Of a stretch of 64,000 bases of DNA, positions 1 to 9,721 are shown piece after piece. Both the position numbers and the translations under genes were made by a program. Position 1 is the stretch's first letter. Each line of letters begins with the position of its first letter. Where the stretch lies: positions 288,001 through 352,000 of the forward strand of contig CAVOYH010000004.1 in the NCBI GenBank assembly GCA_963700635.1. The letters run 5' to 3'. This DNA comes from an uncultured Bacteroidota bacterium. GTDB lineage: Bacteria > Bacteroidota > Ignavibacteria > UBA10030 > UBA6906. The notes below the pieces were generated by a model that ran no database searches, was not told the origin of the DNA, and was given only the letters and a program-made list of their open reading frames with translations.

Positions 1-111
1 GTAATAGGATTTAGCGTAACGATCGTCACACTTGGCGTCCTGGCGGTCGTGATGACCTCAATCGGAGGAAGACGGTTTGTCGCCACGATCCTGGAGACCC
101 TGGAGGAGTAA
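1..111 (+). CDS. 3' end of a membrane protein (partial, runs off the window start)
   Basis: Frame 1 is open from base 1 (VIGFSVTIVTLGVLAVVMTSIGGRRFVATILETLEE*), has a hydrophobic segment, and stops at TAA 109-111. Confidence 0.5.
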   Translation, partial: VIGFSVTIVTLGVLAVVMTSIGGRRFVATILETLEE

Positions 112-151
112 ACCCCGGGGAGGAGATATGGCGGGAGGTGATGAGGCGGGG

Positions 152-1150
152 TTATTCGCCAGAACAGAGTTTGTTGAGCTTTAAGAGGTTAGCCCGCTCT
201 CCGAGTGCGATGATCCGATCACCGGGTTCCAGCACCGCCGAGGATGTCGGGTTGTAGACAAACGTGCCATCAGACTTGTTCACCGTAATAACCATGATGT
301 TGAAGTCCTGCCTGATGGAAGACCCTGCCAGAGTCTTGTGTGCGAGGGAAGAATGGCCCATCACCTGAAACTCTTCAATATTCAGATCCACCTTTTTGTC
401 CCGGGCAACGATATCGATAAACTCGATGACGCCCGGTCGCACCAGCAGCTCGGCCATTTTTGATCCGGCAGTTTCATAAGGCTTGACCACGCGGTTGGCG
501 CCGGCCTTGAGGAGCTTCGGTTCGGTTTCCTCCTCCACCGCCCGCGCAACCACGAAGATCTTCGGATTCAGCGATTTGGCGGAGAGCGTCGCAAACACAT
601 TGTCGGCGTCAGAATCGAGCACGGCAACCAGCCCGCGTGCTTTCTCAATCCGTGCTTCTTCAAGCACATCATCACTCGTGGCATCTCCCAGGACGAACAC
701 ATAATCCAATTCCCGGATAAGATCAATCTTGGCGGGGTCCTTTTCGATCACAACAAAAGGGGCTGCATTCTCGACGAGATTCTCACAAATGTATTTTCCC
801 ATCTTTCCGTACCCACAGACAATGAAGTGATCGTGAAGATCAATCAACTTCTTGCTCATGCGCCGCCTCCAAAAAAGTTGGGTTTCGAACAAAACCTGTA
901 CGGCCTTGCCCCCGGTGTAGGCAATAGAGCCGAACCCCAGAACTATAAGAATGATCGTGAAGGACCTCCCCGCCGGCGAAAGCCGGTGCACCTCCTGAAA
1001 TCCGGTCGTGGTGACGGAGATGACCGTCATGTAAATCGCGTCGAGGAAATCCCACCCTTCAATGAGCATATACCCGACCGGACCGATGAACATCGTCAGG
1101 ACAAGAAGAGTTATGCCAATTCTGAGTTGGTGTCGCGGGCTGTCAATCAA
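152..1150 (-). CDS. Potassium channel protein (2TM pore + TrkA-N/RCK + TrkA-C), MthK/Kch-like
   Basis: Two TM helices flank the pore motif VTTTGF. A Rossmann motif VCGYGKMG and GDAT..L..A.I..A mark RCK-N, followed by a C-terminal RCK-C domain. Confidence 0.92.
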   Translation of the reverse strand: MIDSPRHQLRIGITLLVLTMFIGPVGYMLIEGWDFLDAIYMTVISVTTTGFQEVHRLSPAGRSFTIILIVLGFGSIAYTGGKAVQVLFETQLFWRRRMSKKLIDLHDHFIVCGYGKMGKYICENLVENAAPFVVIEKDPAKIDLIRELDYVFVLGDATSDDVLEEARIEKARGLVAVLDSDADNVFATLSAKSLNPKIFVVARAVEEETEPKLLKAGANRVVKPYETAGSKMAELLVRPGVIEFIDIVARDKKVDLNIEEFQVMGHSSLAHKTLAGSSIRQDFNIMVITVNKSDGTFVYNPTSSAVLEPGDRIIALGERANLLKLNKLCSGE

Positions 1151-1374
1151 AAAACATGGCCGATTCGGTGATGAGTGACGCGGTGCTGCGGACCCCGCCT
1201 AACCTGCTGGCACTGTCCGGTGATACAATAATATACGAATTAGGATGACAAAATGGCTACTCTTCACTACATTGTCTTACAGAACCTCTGTGCCACAGTC
1301 GCCCCTTGACCGCAAATCCTCTTTTCATTTTGGCTGCTGGAGCGGAATGAAGGACATCACCAGGAGAATACGGG

Positions 1375-2691
1375 ATGATCAATTCGATCGGAATACGAAA
1401 AGAGACGAAGGATAAGACACAACGCCGTGTCCCACTTGCCCCCGGTCACGTCCGGGAGCTCATCCGCAGACACGGGATGACGATATTTGTTGAACCGTGG
1501 ACCCAGAGGGTCTTTAGCGACAGGGAATACAAGAATGCCGGCGCCATCCTGACGTCCGATCTCAGCAAAAGCAACATCGTTTTCGGGGTCAAGGAAATCG
1601 ATCCGGTCTTCATGGAAGAAAAAATGCCGTACTGTTTCTTCTCGCATACGATCAAGGGTCAGCCGTACAACATGGCAATGCTGCGGCATATATTGGCCCA
1701 CAAGAATACGCTTTTTGACTACGAGCTGGTGAGGGGCGAAGACAGGAAGCGTCTCATTTTTTTCGGCGACTTTGCAGGATATGCGGGCATGATCGATTCA
1801 TTCTGGGCTCTGGGTCGCCGGCTTATCTGGGAAGGAATTGACAATCCTTTTGCGCGGATCAAGTATGCCTCGAAATTTGACGGGTTGCGGGAGGCGCGGG
1901 AAGCCCTGAGGGAGACCGGCGAACGGATCTGGAAGAACGGTCTGCCAGAACAGATTGTGCCGTTTATTTGTGCATTCACCGGGTACGGTCGGGTATCCAG
2001 TGCGGCTCAGGAACTCTATGACCTGCTTCCCACAGTGGAGATTGAAGCCGAGAAGCTTCTGGCATTTGTGCGTGCGGGCCGGTTCTCGGACAGGGTTCTG
2101 TACAAGGTGCAGTTTCAGAAACCCGATATGTTCCATCACAAAAAGCCCGGAACCCGGTTCAACGTGGAACACTTTCAGAAACATCCTGAGTCGTACATAA
2201 ATCGGTTTGAGCAATACGTCCCCCATCTGACCATGATCATCAACGGTATCTACTGGGAACCACGATTCCCGCGATTACTCACCAAGAAGTTCATGAAGGC
2301 GTTGTACAGGAGTGAGAAACGACCCCGCCTGAGAGTTATCGGCGACATTACATGCGATATTGACGGCTCCATAGAATTGACCGTCAAGGAGACAGATGCC
2401 AGGAACCCGGTGTACGTGTATGAGCCGTCGTCAGGTAACGTGAGAGATGGGTGGGAGGGAAAGGGACCGGTTATTCTTGCGGTGGACAAACTCCCTGCGG
2501 AGCTCCCCCGGGAGGCCTCGGAATCGTTCGGCAACGCGCTGACTCCGTTTGTCCCTGAACTTGCTGCAGCAAAGTATTCGGGGCCGTTCGGCGAAGTCAA
2601 AATCCCGGAGGAGTTTAAGAAGGCGATGATCGTTCACCGCGGAGTGTTACGCCCGCGGTTTTCACATTTAAAAAAAGTTATCATTGAATAG
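1375..2691 (+). CDS. Lysine-ketoglutarate reductase / saccharopine dehydrogenase (AlaDh-PNT fold; LKR domain of AASS-like)
   Basis: Motifs IGIRKE..RRVPLAP, GVKE, FFSHTIKGQPYN, DYE, FAGYAGMID, GIYW, IGDITCD..GSIE and AVDKLPAELPREAS..FG match the LKR domain. It lies directly upstream of a saccharopine dehydrogenase. Confidence 0.85.
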   Translation: MINSIGIRKETKDKTQRRVPLAPGHVRELIRRHGMTIFVEPWTQRVFSDREYKNAGAILTSDLSKSNIVFGVKEIDPVFMEEKMPYCFFSHTIKGQPYNMAMLRHILAHKNTLFDYELVRGEDRKRLIFFGDFAGYAGMIDSFWALGRRLIWEGIDNPFARIKYASKFDGLREAREALRETGERIWKNGLPEQIVPFICAFTGYGRVSSAAQELYDLLPTVEIEAEKLLAFVRAGRFSDRVLYKVQFQKPDMFHHKKPGTRFNVEHFQKHPESYINRFEQYVPHLTMIINGIYWEPRFPRLLTKKFMKALYRSEKRPRLRVIGDITCDIDGSIELTVKETDARNPVYVYEPSSGNVRDGWEGKGPVILAVDKLPAELPREASESFGNALTPFVPELAAAKYSGPFGEVKIPEEFKKAMIVHRGVLRPRFSHLKKVIIE

Positions 2692-2700
2692 GATTCGATC

Positions 2701-4050
2701 ATGAAACAGGTTCTCGTTTTAGGCGCTGGGCAGAGTACTTCATACCTGATCGCGCATCTGCTCGACCGCGCACAGGAACATGACTGGTTCGTCACAGTCT
2801 GTGATTCAAACGGTGCGCTTGCGCGGGAGCGCGTTGCCGGACACCCGCGGGGCCAGGCAATCTCTTTTGACATTAATGATTCGGCTGCGCGCACGGCGCT
2901 CATGACAAAGGCCCAGGTCGTCGTGAACATGCTGACCCGGCCCTACCAGTATCAGATAGCGTCGGACTGCATTAACAACGGCGCACACATGTTGAGCGCT
3001 TCGTATGAGGATCCCAAAGTGAGCGCACTTGAGGCCGATGCCCACAAGAAGAACGTGCTGATTCTCAACGAGATGGGGCTCGATCCGGGCATCGACCACA
3101 TGACTGCCATGTCGTTGATTCAGAAGGTGCGCTCCAATGGCGGCGTTGTGGCTAGCCTGCGCTCCTATGGAGGTGGTCTGCCGGCGCCCGAAGCCATCAC
3201 CAATCCCCTGCGCTATGCCATCACATGGAATCCGCGGAATGTGCTCATGGCGGGTGAGGATGGCGCACTCTACAAGGAAGATGGAAAACTCAAACTTCTT
3301 CCATTCCATCAGGTGTTTCAGAGAACCTGGTCGGTCGACATTGACGGACTGGGTACGTTCGAGGCCTACCCGAATCGGGACTCTCTCGCCTACAAAGCTG
3401 ATCTTGGGCTGGGAAAAGAAAGTACGATCATCAGGGGGACGCTCCGGTATCCCGGCTGGTGTGAGACGTGGCAGCAGGTCGTCCACCTCGGGCTCGCCAA
3501 TGAAGCCTTGCACATCGCCGAGCTCAAGAATATGACCTACCGTGAGCTGACGGAAATGTGCCTCCCTCCGTCGGGAGGGAAGTCAAAACTCGAACATCAG
3601 GTCGCAAATTACCTGGGCATCAGCCCGACCGGCCGGATCATGGAAAATCTCCGGTATCTTGGTTTGTTCTCCAAAGAGAAAATCGGCAGTAATGTCGATA
3701 CGGTTGCTGATGCAATGATCCATCTCATACGCGAAAAGCTGCAGATGCCTGAGGGGGCCCGTGACATTGTTATTCTCATGCATGAACTTGATGTAACGTA
3801 TCCTGAGGATGGGGGGAGAGCGGAGAAAATCACTGCCACGATGATCGAGTATGGCGAACCCGGTGGCTTCACCGCAATTGCAAAAACCGTTGGAATGCCG
3901 ATTGCGATTGCTGCGGAACTCTTGATGACAGACCGGTTATCTATCACGGGCTGCCTGATCCCTACGCATCCGGCGGTGTATGAACCTGTGCTTCAACTTT
4001 TGCAGCAGAACGGACTGGAATCGAAAGTGAGCGTCACCCCTGCCGCCTGA
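2701..4050 (+). CDS. Saccharopine dehydrogenase (Lys9/AASS SDH-domain type)
   Basis: N-terminal VLVLGAG plus ASY, NEMGLDPGIDHM, SYGGGLP, NPLRYAITWNP, EAYPNRDS, RGTLRYPG and AIAKTVGMP motifs. Confidence 0.92.
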   Translation: MKQVLVLGAGQSTSYLIAHLLDRAQEHDWFVTVCDSNGALARERVAGHPRGQAISFDINDSAARTALMTKAQVVVNMLTRPYQYQIASDCINNGAHMLSASYEDPKVSALEADAHKKNVLILNEMGLDPGIDHMTAMSLIQKVRSNGGVVASLRSYGGGLPAPEAITNPLRYAITWNPRNVLMAGEDGALYKEDGKLKLLPFHQVFQRTWSVDIDGLGTFEAYPNRDSLAYKADLGLGKESTIIRGTLRYPGWCETWQQVVHLGLANEALHIAELKNMTYRELTEMCLPPSGGKSKLEHQVANYLGISPTGRIMENLRYLGLFSKEKIGSNVDTVADAMIHLIREKLQMPEGARDIVILMHELDVTYPEDGGRAEKITATMIEYGEPGGFTAIAKTVGMPIAIAAELLMTDRLSITGCLIPTHPAVYEPVLQLLQQNGLESKVSVTPAA

Positions 4051-4060
4051 ATCGCGCTTC

Positions 4061-4267
4061 GTGCCGATCGCACTCACACCCGGGAAGAATGCAGCGGTAG
4101 CAGAGTTGCTCCAGAGGGCTGGCGTCCCCCTCTCCGAAGTTCATCTCGTGCAGAAGAATGGAGAATCAGTCGGGTTTGACAGCATCGTGACGCCCGGTGA
4201 CCGGTTGAGCATATATCCGGCGTTTGTGAGATTGAACGTCAGAGGACTCCAGCGCCTGCGGCGATAA
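4061..4267 (+). CDS. Small beta-grasp protein, Mut7-C ubiquitin-like domain (stand-alone or remnant)
   Basis: GVPLSEVHLV..NGESVGF.....PGDRLSIYPAF resembles the Ub-Mut7C domain. There is no C-terminal GG and no following PIN domain. Confidence 0.55.
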   Translation: MPIALTPGKNAAVAELLQRAGVPLSEVHLVQKNGESVGFDSIVTPGDRLSIYPAFVRLNVRGLQRLRR

Positions 4268-4280
4268 CCCTTCGGATCCC

Positions 4281-5345
4281 TTACACAGACACTTTTCGCG
4301 AGAGTGCAAAATCAACAATCATGCGAAGCGTGTGTGCAAATGACAAACCGGCCTTTTCCGCAGACTCCATAAATGAAACACCCTCCGTGAGATCCGGGTT
4401 GGGATTCACTTCCAGAACAAAGGGCCGGTTTTTCGCGTCCAGTCGAATGTCAAGCCGGGCGTAGTCGCGGCATTCAGTGATACGGTAGGCCAGCAGGGAA
4501 ATCTCCTCCACCTTTTTCTGTACCCGGGCCGACAGTTTGGCCGGGCAGATCGCGTGAAGGCGGTGATAGGCTTCGTCAAGCGGATTCCACTTGGCGGCAT
4601 AGCTGATGATGGAGGGATGATCGTCGGGGAGTTCCGAAAAATCAAATTCGATAATGGGCAGCACCTGAGGCGGAGAATTTCCCAGCACCGACACGTGCAG
4701 CTCGCGGCCCTCTATGAACTCTTCGACGATGATGGGAGGAGAGTACTCGGCGAACGCGAATTCCAGGCGGCGGGCGAGACTCGCATAATCATACACGACG
4801 GATCCCTTGTCGATGCCTGAGCTGGCATCTTCGCGGGCGGGTTTTACGATGAGCGGATACCGGAGTCCGTGACGTTTCGGCGCGACCGGCTCATGGAGAA
4901 TGCGATACCGCGGCGTGGGCACATTGTTGGCAAGCAGGAGCTGTTTTGCGAGCCCCTTGCGCTGACATAATGTGAGGGCGAATGGAGGTGCTCCTGTGTA
5001 CGCCACACGCGAAAGATCGTACAGCCCCGCAATCATCCCCTCGAGTCCCGGCACACCATGGAAAAACTCCACCAGGTTAAACACAACATCGGGGGGATCC
5101 TGCTGAAGTAACTGTTGAAGCGCAGAGAGGTTTTCATCGATGTTTACCGCGCGCGCTGAGACCCCTTCACTGTTCAGGGCATCAACAATGGCATCGATCT
5201 CCTCCGCAACAGTCGAGACGTTTATTGCATACTCCGGCGTAAAACCGAGAGAAGCAGGATCAATCTCCTTGAGCTTTTCGAATTCATCCTCTCCGACGTG
5301 ATTGTAGAGGACGACGACCCTGGGCTTGTGTTGTGTGTCTGTCAT
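4281..5345 (-). CDS. D-Ala-D-Ala ligase-like ATP-grasp enzyme (non-canonical)
   Basis: YPLIVKP.REDASSGI, EEFIEGRE, YARLDIRLD and LEVNPNP motifs are present. It lacks the Ddl N-terminal GG.S.E motif. ATG 5345 was chosen over the longer ORF start at 5423. Confidence 0.8.
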   Translation of the reverse strand: MTDTQHKPRVVVLYNHVGEDEFEKLKEIDPASLGFTPEYAINVSTVAEEIDAIVDALNSEGVSARAVNIDENLSALQQLLQQDPPDVVFNLVEFFHGVPGLEGMIAGLYDLSRVAYTGAPPFALTLCQRKGLAKQLLLANNVPTPRYRILHEPVAPKRHGLRYPLIVKPAREDASSGIDKGSVVYDYASLARRLEFAFAEYSPPIIVEEFIEGRELHVSVLGNSPPQVLPIIEFDFSELPDDHPSIISYAAKWNPLDEAYHRLHAICPAKLSARVQKKVEEISLLAYRITECRDYARLDIRLDAKNRPFVLEVNPNPDLTEGVSFMESAEKAGLSFAHTLRMIVDFALSRKVSV

Positions 5346-5432
5346 GGGCGATGTGGGATGGAGTAAATCATCATGAGAAAACAGGCCCGGAATCTCCGGG
5401 CCTGTGGGCAACGAGAACGGCATACTGCGAGA

Positions 5433-5978
5433 TCAGAGCTTATAGGACACTCCGATCTTGAGGAATCCGATGTCGTAGCCGAGTTCGGCAGTCGCGGCAA
5501 ATTTTGGTGAAAAATAATATCGGCCCCCTACGTAGATGCCAAAACCGAAATAACTCCCGCCGGCATTGTACGGGTGAAGTTTCTCGTTTTCGCCGGAGAA
5601 CTTTGCGCTGACGACGTGATACCCGAGCGTGAGACCACCGTAAAGGTCAATGTTCTTCACGTCTTTGAGAACCTCGCCGAAATGATACGAACCCCGGGCG
5701 CCGATGAAGATATATGAGTACGACCACTTGTCGCTGACGAACGAATAGGATGAAGTCGAATACGACACGACGCCACCAATCGAGATTTTTGGTTGTATCG
5801 CATGGTCAAACGAGAGAAACACAGGGGGCATGCCCGAGCTGCCATACGCGCCAGGATACCCGAGCCCCAGCCCGGCAGTGATAACACTTTCCCCCATTTT
5901 GGCCTGTGCAGAAGAAACGGAAACCGACAGCGTGGAAACGACGATAATCGCCGTAACGAGCACCAGTATCTTTTTCAT
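5433..5978 (-). CDS. Outer-membrane beta-barrel protein (8-stranded, OmpA/OmpW-like)
   Basis: Sec signal peptide, alternating aromatic/hydrophobic beta strands, and C-terminal IGVSYKL barrel signal. Confidence 0.8.
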   Translation of the reverse strand: MKKILVLVTAIIVVSTLSVSVSSAQAKMGESVITAGLGLGYPGAYGSSGMPPVFLSFDHAIQPKISIGGVVSYSTSSYSFVSDKWSYSYIFIGARGSYHFGEVLKDVKNIDLYGGLTLGYHVVSAKFSGENEKLHPYNAGGSYFGFGIYVGGRYYFSPKFAATAELGYDIGFLKIGVSYKL

Positions 5979-6117
5979 TGACCATGCTCCCGGAGAAGTG
6001 AGTCGGTGTGGAACTGTGGTTTTCTATGCTGTCAAATATAGAGCTTTTTGTTCTTATCCACAAATACATTGATCGGCCTGTTTGTGTCGCGAACACTCCA
6101 TGCCAGTCGCTGCTTCG

Positions 6118-6146
6118 TTGACAATCCTCCGGGTGCGGTGTATATT
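6118..6146 (+). promoter_or_regulatory. sigma70-type promoter for the GH78 gene
   Basis: TTGACA (6118-6123), 17-bp spacer, TATATT (6141-6146). Confidence 0.75.
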
Positions 6147-6232
6147 GTGTCCGCATATCATCCCCAAATCCATTCAGACCGAGCACTCTTGCCTATGAAA
6201 CACGACATGATGAACCAGCCAAAGGACAGATT

Positions 6233-9200
6233 ATGCCGGGAAAGACATGCGTACTGCTGTTGCTCCTGTGCTCTGCTCGCCATTACTCCCTGTGTGGCGA
6301 GGAGGTGCAGACCGTGAACACAACTCATTCATTTCGGATTTCGCAGACGCGCTGCGAGGGGCGATTCGACCCCGCGGGAATTGACGCAGCGGCTCCCCGC
6401 CTTAGCTGGACAATGGAATCCGGGGAACGGAATCAGTACCAGACTGCATATCAGATCCTCGTGGCTAGCTCGCAGGAGCTCCTGCAACGGGACAACGGTG
6501 ACCGGTGGAATTCCGGGAAGGTTGAATCAGGTCAGTCGATTCAGGTTGCGTATCAGGGCGAACCTCTGAGATCGGGACATGCATGCTACTGGAAGGTGCG
6601 GGTTTGGAACCGGGAGGGGAAACCCTCGGAGTGGAGCCCGGTCGCCACATGGACGATGGGTCTTCTGAGCCAGGATGATTGGAAGGGGAAGTGGATCGGA
6701 CTTGATGGAGTGGACACGACGTATCACCTCAGCGGCACTGACTGGATCTGGTATCCCGGTGGGCATCCGGACCAGGCGAGTCCGACAGGGACACGTTACT
6801 TCCGTCGTGTGTTTGATCTTCCGGCGAAGAGCACCGTCAAGAGCGCCATTCTGCATGTCACGGCAGATGACGAGGGAGAGTTCTTTTTGAACGGTTCATT
6901 CGTGTGTTCAACGAAGAATCACCGTGTTCTCACGGAAGTCAACGTCACAAAGTTCCTCGGTGATGAAAAAAATCTCCTCGCCGCATCCGTCCTTAACGCG
7001 GGGGCCGAACCGAATCCGGCGGGCCTGGTTGGTGTGCTTGAGATACGGTTTGTCAACGGAACCTCACTACGTGTTCGAACCGATTCTCTCTGGAAGACAG
7101 CCGATACGGCTGTCCCGGGATGGCAGACTATTACGTATGATGACTCTCAATGGGTTCAGGCACAGATGCTGGGACCCGTCGGGATCTCTCCCTGGGGCAA
7201 GAAGAGCACGCCGGTTGATCGTCGGCTTGCTGCCCGCTGGTTGAGAAAGGAGTTTACGCTTGCGAAGCCCATCCGCAGGGCGACGGTGTACCTGAGCGGA
7301 CTCGGTTTGTCGGAACTGTACGTGAATGGCAGCAAGATCAGTGATCACGTCCTCTCCCCGGCATTGAGCGAATATCCCAAACGGGTTTTTTATGTCACGC
7401 ACGACGTTTCCGCGGCACTTACATCCGGCAGGAACGCGCTCGGTGTTGTTCTTGGCAACGGACGGTATTTTGCCCCGCGCCTGGTGGAGCCGACCATCAC
7501 CCAAACGTATGGCTACCCGAAGCTGCTTTTTCAGCTTCACCTGGAATTTGAGGATGGGACGGAGGGGGAGATTCTCAGCGACGAGACGTGGAGGCTGAGT
7601 GCCGACGGGCCGATTGTGGCAAATAATGAATACGACGGGGAAGAATACGATGCCACAAAGGAATTTGACGGGTGGACCGTAAGTGGATTTGATGATTCGC
7701 ACTGGGAAGTCCCGCAGGTGGTGGAGGCTCCGGGAGGTCTGTTGCGGGCTCAGATGATCAACCCGATCCGTGTCGTGGAAACGTTAAAGCCGGTGTCAGT
7801 CACCGAACGGAGTCCGGGCGTGTTTATCGTCGATATGGGTCAGAACATGGTCGGATGGTGTCGTCTCCGTGTGCATGGCGCTCGCGGAACGCAGGTATCG
7901 CTCAGGCACGCGGAGACCCTCGGACCAGACGGAGGACTCTATTTGGATAACCTGCGGGGGGCAAAGGTAACCGACCTGTACACACTAAGCGGTGGAGAGG
8001 ACGAGGTGTACGAACCCCGTTTTACCTATCACGGTTTTCGGTTTGTGGAGGTTCAGGGGTATCCCGGTCGGTTGACCCCGGAAAAAATTGACGGTCGAGT
8101 TGTCAATGACGATGTGGAAACGGTTGGTGAATTCAGTTGTTCCAATCCCGTCATTAACAGAACATACCAAAGCATCTTCTGGGGCGTACGCGGAAACTAC
8201 CGGAGTATTCCCACCGATTGTCCGCAGCGGGACGAGCGGCAGGGGTGGCTGGGGGATCGCTCCGCAGAAGCGCGCGGTGAGACATACATGTTCGATGTGT
8301 CAGCGCTTTATGCCAAATGGGTCCAGGATATGGCGGACGCGCAACTGCCTAACGGCAGTGTGAGCGACGTGTGTCCTTCGTATTGGCCGTTGTACAGCGA
8401 AAACGTCACCTGGCCGAGCAGTACGGTCATCATACCCGGTACACTGCTCGACCAATACGCCGACAGTGTATTAATCGGCCAGCACTACACAAGTATGGTG
8501 CAGTGGATCGACTTCATGAGCGGGTTTATCAAAGACGGATTCCTGGAGAAGGACAGATATGGCGACTGGTGTGTGCCACCGGAGAGCCCGGAGCTGATCC
8601 ACTCCAAGGATCCCAAGCGCCAGACCGCTCCCGGAATCCTGGCAACAACGTACTTCTATTATGATGTGGTTCTGATGGCCCGATATGCCTCGCTCTTGGG
8701 AAAAGGAGATGATGCGCAACGGTTTGTTTCCCTTGCGGGACGCTTAAAAGAGGGGTTGAATCAGCGCTATTTCGACGAGGCCAGAGGATACTATGACAAT
8801 GGATCACAGACTTCATGTGTTTTGCCGCTTGCCTTTGACATGGTGCCCGCGGACCAGCGTGACAGGGTGTTCGCGCGTTTGATTCAGAAGATCACGGAAG
8901 AATCCAGGGGCCATATCGGGACGGGTTTGGTGGGCGGACAATGGTTGAACCGGGTGTTGACCGATTTCGGCCGGACTGATATTGTCTACGGATTTGCCAC
9001 ACACACCACCTACCCGAGCTGGGGGTACATGATGGAAAAGGGAGCGACGACGGTCTGGGAATTGTGGAATGGGGACAGCGCTGATCCGGCCATGAACTCC
9101 GGAAATCACGTGATGCTCGTGGGAGACCTTGTGATCTGGCTCTACGAGAATCTCGCCGGACTGAAAGGGGATCCTCACAATCCGGGGTTCAAGCATCTGA

Positions 9201-9511
9201 TCATGTGTCCGACGCCTGTCGCCGGGCTGGATTTTGTCCGGGCCACCCACAAGTCACCGCACGGTCTCATCAAGAGTGAATGGAAAATCAGTGCAGGTCG
9301 TTTTGAATGGGATGTCCGCGTGCCGGTTAATACCACCGCGACAGTTTCTGTTCCGGCGTTGACAGTAGAAGAAGTGACAGAGAGTGGCAAGCCGGTGCAA
9401 CAGGCAGAAGGGGTAGCGTATCTGCGGATGGAAGGGGCCGCAGCGGTGTTTGAGGTACAATCGGGTGAATATCATTTCTCGTCGGCGATTAGTCCGGTGA
9501 TGTGGGGATGA
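6233..9511 (+). CDS. Alpha-L-rhamnosidase, glycoside hydrolase family 78
   Basis: PRLSW...QTAYQILVASS...WNSGKV, DMGQNMVGW, PRFTYHGFRFV, PTDCPQRDERQGWLGD, GATTVWELWN and SGNH motifs. The true start may be a GTG near 6305-6314. Confidence 0.93.
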   Translation: MPGKTCVLLLLLCSARHYSLCGEEVQTVNTTHSFRISQTRCEGRFDPAGIDAAAPRLSWTMESGERNQYQTAYQILVASSQELLQRDNGDRWNSGKVESGQSIQVAYQGEPLRSGHACYWKVRVWNREGKPSEWSPVATWTMGLLSQDDWKGKWIGLDGVDTTYHLSGTDWIWYPGGHPDQASPTGTRYFRRVFDLPAKSTVKSAILHVTADDEGEFFLNGSFVCSTKNHRVLTEVNVTKFLGDEKNLLAASVLNAGAEPNPAGLVGVLEIRFVNGTSLRVRTDSLWKTADTAVPGWQTITYDDSQWVQAQMLGPVGISPWGKKSTPVDRRLAARWLRKEFTLAKPIRRATVYLSGLGLSELYVNGSKISDHVLSPALSEYPKRVFYVTHDVSAALTSGRNALGVVLGNGRYFAPRLVEPTITQTYGYPKLLFQLHLEFEDGTEGEILSDETWRLSADGPIVANNEYDGEEYDATKEFDGWTVSGFDDSHWEVPQVVEAPGGLLRAQMINPIRVVETLKPVSVTERSPGVFIVDMGQNMVGWCRLRVHGARGTQVSLRHAETLGPDGGLYLDNLRGAKVTDLYTLSGGEDEVYEPRFTYHGFRFVEVQGYPGRLTPEKIDGRVVNDDVETVGEFSCSNPVINRTYQSIFWGVRGNYRSIPTDCPQRDERQGWLGDRSAEARGETYMFDVSALYAKWVQDMADAQLPNGSVSDVCPSYWPLYSENVTWPSSTVIIPGTLLDQYADSVLIGQHYTSMVQWIDFMSGFIKDGFLEKDRYGDWCVPPESPELIHSKDPKRQTAPGILATTYFYYDVVLMARYASLLGKGDDAQRFVSLAGRLKEGLNQRYFDEARGYYDNGSQTSCVLPLAFDMVPADQRDRVFARLIQKITEESRGHIGTGLVGGQWLNRVLTDFGRTDIVYGFATHTTYPSWGYMMEKGATTVWELWNGDSADPAMNSGNHVMLVGDLVIWLYENLAGLKGDPHNPGFKHLIMCPTPVAGLDFVRATHKSPHGLIKSEWKISAGRFEWDVRVPVNTTATVSVPALTVEEVTESGKPVQQAEGVAYLRMEGAAAVFEVQSGEYHFSSAISPVMWG

Positions 9512-9721
9512 GTGATTGACGTGAGCAGATCCATGGGAAAGTTGACAAGGCAAAGTTGTTGACGCTATTGAGTATTGACTTGGCAGAAATGCGGCTGATC
9601 TTTGTGTCAATCGTCCACCCATTTTCCCTCGTATGAAGTTTCAGGGATGTCTTTTCCCGCTTCAAGGGCCGGTTTGCCTGAACTGTAACCCCTCTCTGCA
9701 CAGCCCCCGCCCCCCGGCGAA

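Noticed and set aside
4281-5345. Assigning the gene symbol ddl
   Set aside because: Key Ddl substrate motifs and cell-wall gene context are missing.
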